A stretch of DNA of 33,756 nucleotides from Octopus bimaculoides (Eukaryota). The number at the start of each line of letters is the position of its first letter. Positions within the stretch are counted from its first letter, which is position 1. The notes below the pieces were generated by a model. That model made no database searches. It had not been told where the DNA came from and saw only the letters and a list, made by a program, of their open reading frames with translations. Of the stretch, positions 31,918 to 33,756 are shown one piece after another. The stretch is taken from the NCBI RefSeq assembly GCF_001194135.2, contig NC_068999.1:43452578-43486333 (forward strand), in the 5' to 3' direction. The translations under genes and the position numbers were made by a program.

Positions 31918-33756
31918 TACACAATGTCTGGAAATGAAGAGATGGTCATGGCTGAGATGCCTTTGATCTTAGGTGTGCTCAATCAGAGCTCACTGAAACA
32001 GTAACCAGACTTGTAGGATGTGATATGGAAAATATCTTACTTCCATTCTTAAAGTACACTTCACACCAGCCAATTATTATTAAAGTGGTGCATTGTATGC
32101 GCATACATATGCACTCACACGTGTGCCCTCGTTCATACATGCTAAACCCTTCTGCATTACCTGAATGGACTCCCATGGCTTTGTTTCATTGTCACAGAAC
32201 AAAAGCCACACTAACAATACATTTAGAACATTACTTATTCAAAATAGCAAGTGGATGCTCTTACATCCTAATAATTTCCTGCCCTCCGCTACATAACGAA
32301 GGTGGTTACAACAACAACAACAAGCAAGCAATGTCCATAGTAACAGTAGTAATAGTAATGTATAGTAGTATTGTTTTCATGTGTTGATAAACTTCACAGC
32401 CCTTATCTCCAATGGGATTTTTGTTATCAAGACTTACATTATGTTGGTTTGCAATACATAAAACCAACAAATTCTCCGTCTTGCCCAGATGAATCGTCCA
32501 AATCTTAATCTTATTGTCGGGTTTGTGGTAAGAAAAATATATCCACTCACCCACCTCTTCATTTTCCTTTTTTCTTTCTCTTATTATTATTATTATCATT
32601 ATTATTATTATTATATGTCAGTTTGTGTTATTCTATTTTCTTTTTGTATAAATATGAATTTGTGCATATGTATATATGTGTGTATGTATACTCGTATATA
32701 TATACATAACTTGATTTATGATTCCAAACAGTTATTCTGTCCTTTCCTTAATTCTCATGCTTAACAATGTAAGTTAACTGGAATAATAGATAGAAGGAGA
32801 GAGAGATGGGCCATACATCGTCTAGTCTGGTTTTGAAACTGTTCTTTTTCATTTTCATCTTGCAATGACTTCCTAAATTAACACACTTGCCAGAAAACCT
32901 TCACTCTTGGCTGTGAACTGTGTTCGTTGTTTATTCCTCATTTTTCAAATAATTATCTACGTTTCAGTGTTTTGATTGCTATCTCAGTACTTTCAAATTT
33001 CTGTAAAGATACTCTATCCTCTTTCTCTCTCTCTCTCTCTGATAGTCTCTAATCACCATTTTCTCTTTTTTCTTGTGGATGACTTTGTATGTACTATCCA
33101 CATTTCTAATGCCAATGAGACGGACATGGGCACCACAAGAACATCTCTATTCAGTTGCCCCTATGAAGTCTACAGGCATCATGCCCATATAAGGAAGCAT
33201 TATTTTTTTGGAGAGAGGTGAATCTGTTTTAGCTCTCTTTTATCTTCTGTTGCTTTTCTTCATCTCTTTCTCGGTACTTGCTTTTTATCTGCCATTCTTT
33301 CTTGTTCCACTGTTTATGATCTTCGGTCTTGTTCCAAAACGATTCATGAAAACTTCTTCCTGTCTTTTCTTATACCATTATCCTACTCCAAATCACTACA
33401 AGTTAACATCATTCCTTCTTAATTAAAATGGAAAAAAAAAACAAAAAAAAAAACAAAACAAAAATAAAAGAGACTGGTGCTTGCTCACCCTCTTTTTATC
33501 TATTTTCTATTTTTGAAAATTTATTTTACCTATTGTCCAGACAACCTACAAAATAATTGTCATGCTAATTGTGGCGAGTGCCATAATGCAGAACAAGTGG
33601 TACCCTCCCAGAGAACCGAAACTGCGACCCGGTTTTGATTCTCGGTTGAAGTCATTTATTTCACTTTGCTTACACCGCTAATGTGACCATCTTCCCAATG
33701 GAAAGGTTATGGACGTCTTAACGTCTGATTTTCCCTTCTACTTAAAAGAAAAGGAA

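Noticed and set aside
24-32764. Numerous track ORFs of YIYI/CVCV/HTHT type and ORFs made mostly of X
   Set aside because: They are translations of TA/CA/TG microsatellites or of N gaps, which lack stop codons. No coding signature.

Overview
AT-rich, microsatellite- and SINE-dense metazoan genomic DNA. The SINE families and repeat landscape suggest an octopus draft assembly (inference). Nine N-gaps: 1398-1629, 4970-5087, 8978-9329, 9779-10214, 19897-20180, 24739-25195, 27064-27503, 29394-29963, 31016-31852. No ORF in the supplied track is a credible intact gene. Reading splice sites directly reveals the 3' end of a muscleblind (mbl/MBNL) gene on the + strand: exon E1 5255-5367 (VPMIANTNQPASMASAATSTTSLPTNAASVNYFDENNQ), exon E2 16316-16400 (LLDTLPLCRDFKSSQCNRPQCKFVHLME) and exon E3 19196-19332 (DYVEVTEGKVTVCRDSVKGKCRRHLCKYYHIPVILSALAAPNLTT*). 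These splice in frame into a tandem CCCH zinc-finger pair. The most interesting signal is that E2 and E3 both look dual-coding. E2 entered in phase 1 reads xAGHPPTVPRF*, like the fly MblC C-terminus as I recall it. E3 entered in phase 0 reads IMLK*, like human MBNL2 ...ANQIILK* as I recall it. The E3 zinc-finger frame aligns with the MBNL2 alternative tail DNSEII...CQES...CTYYPV, which would make that tail a decayed zinc finger. The frame-setting exon E1 follows a long AG-free, YGCY/CUG-rich zone, suggesting Mbl autoregulates which C-terminus is made. Cross-species comparisons are from memory and need alignment. The rest of the window is introns and presumed 3'UTR/intergenic DNA with tRNA-derived SINEs, a Tc1 fossil, a hAT-type MITE, a LINE remnant and simple repeats.
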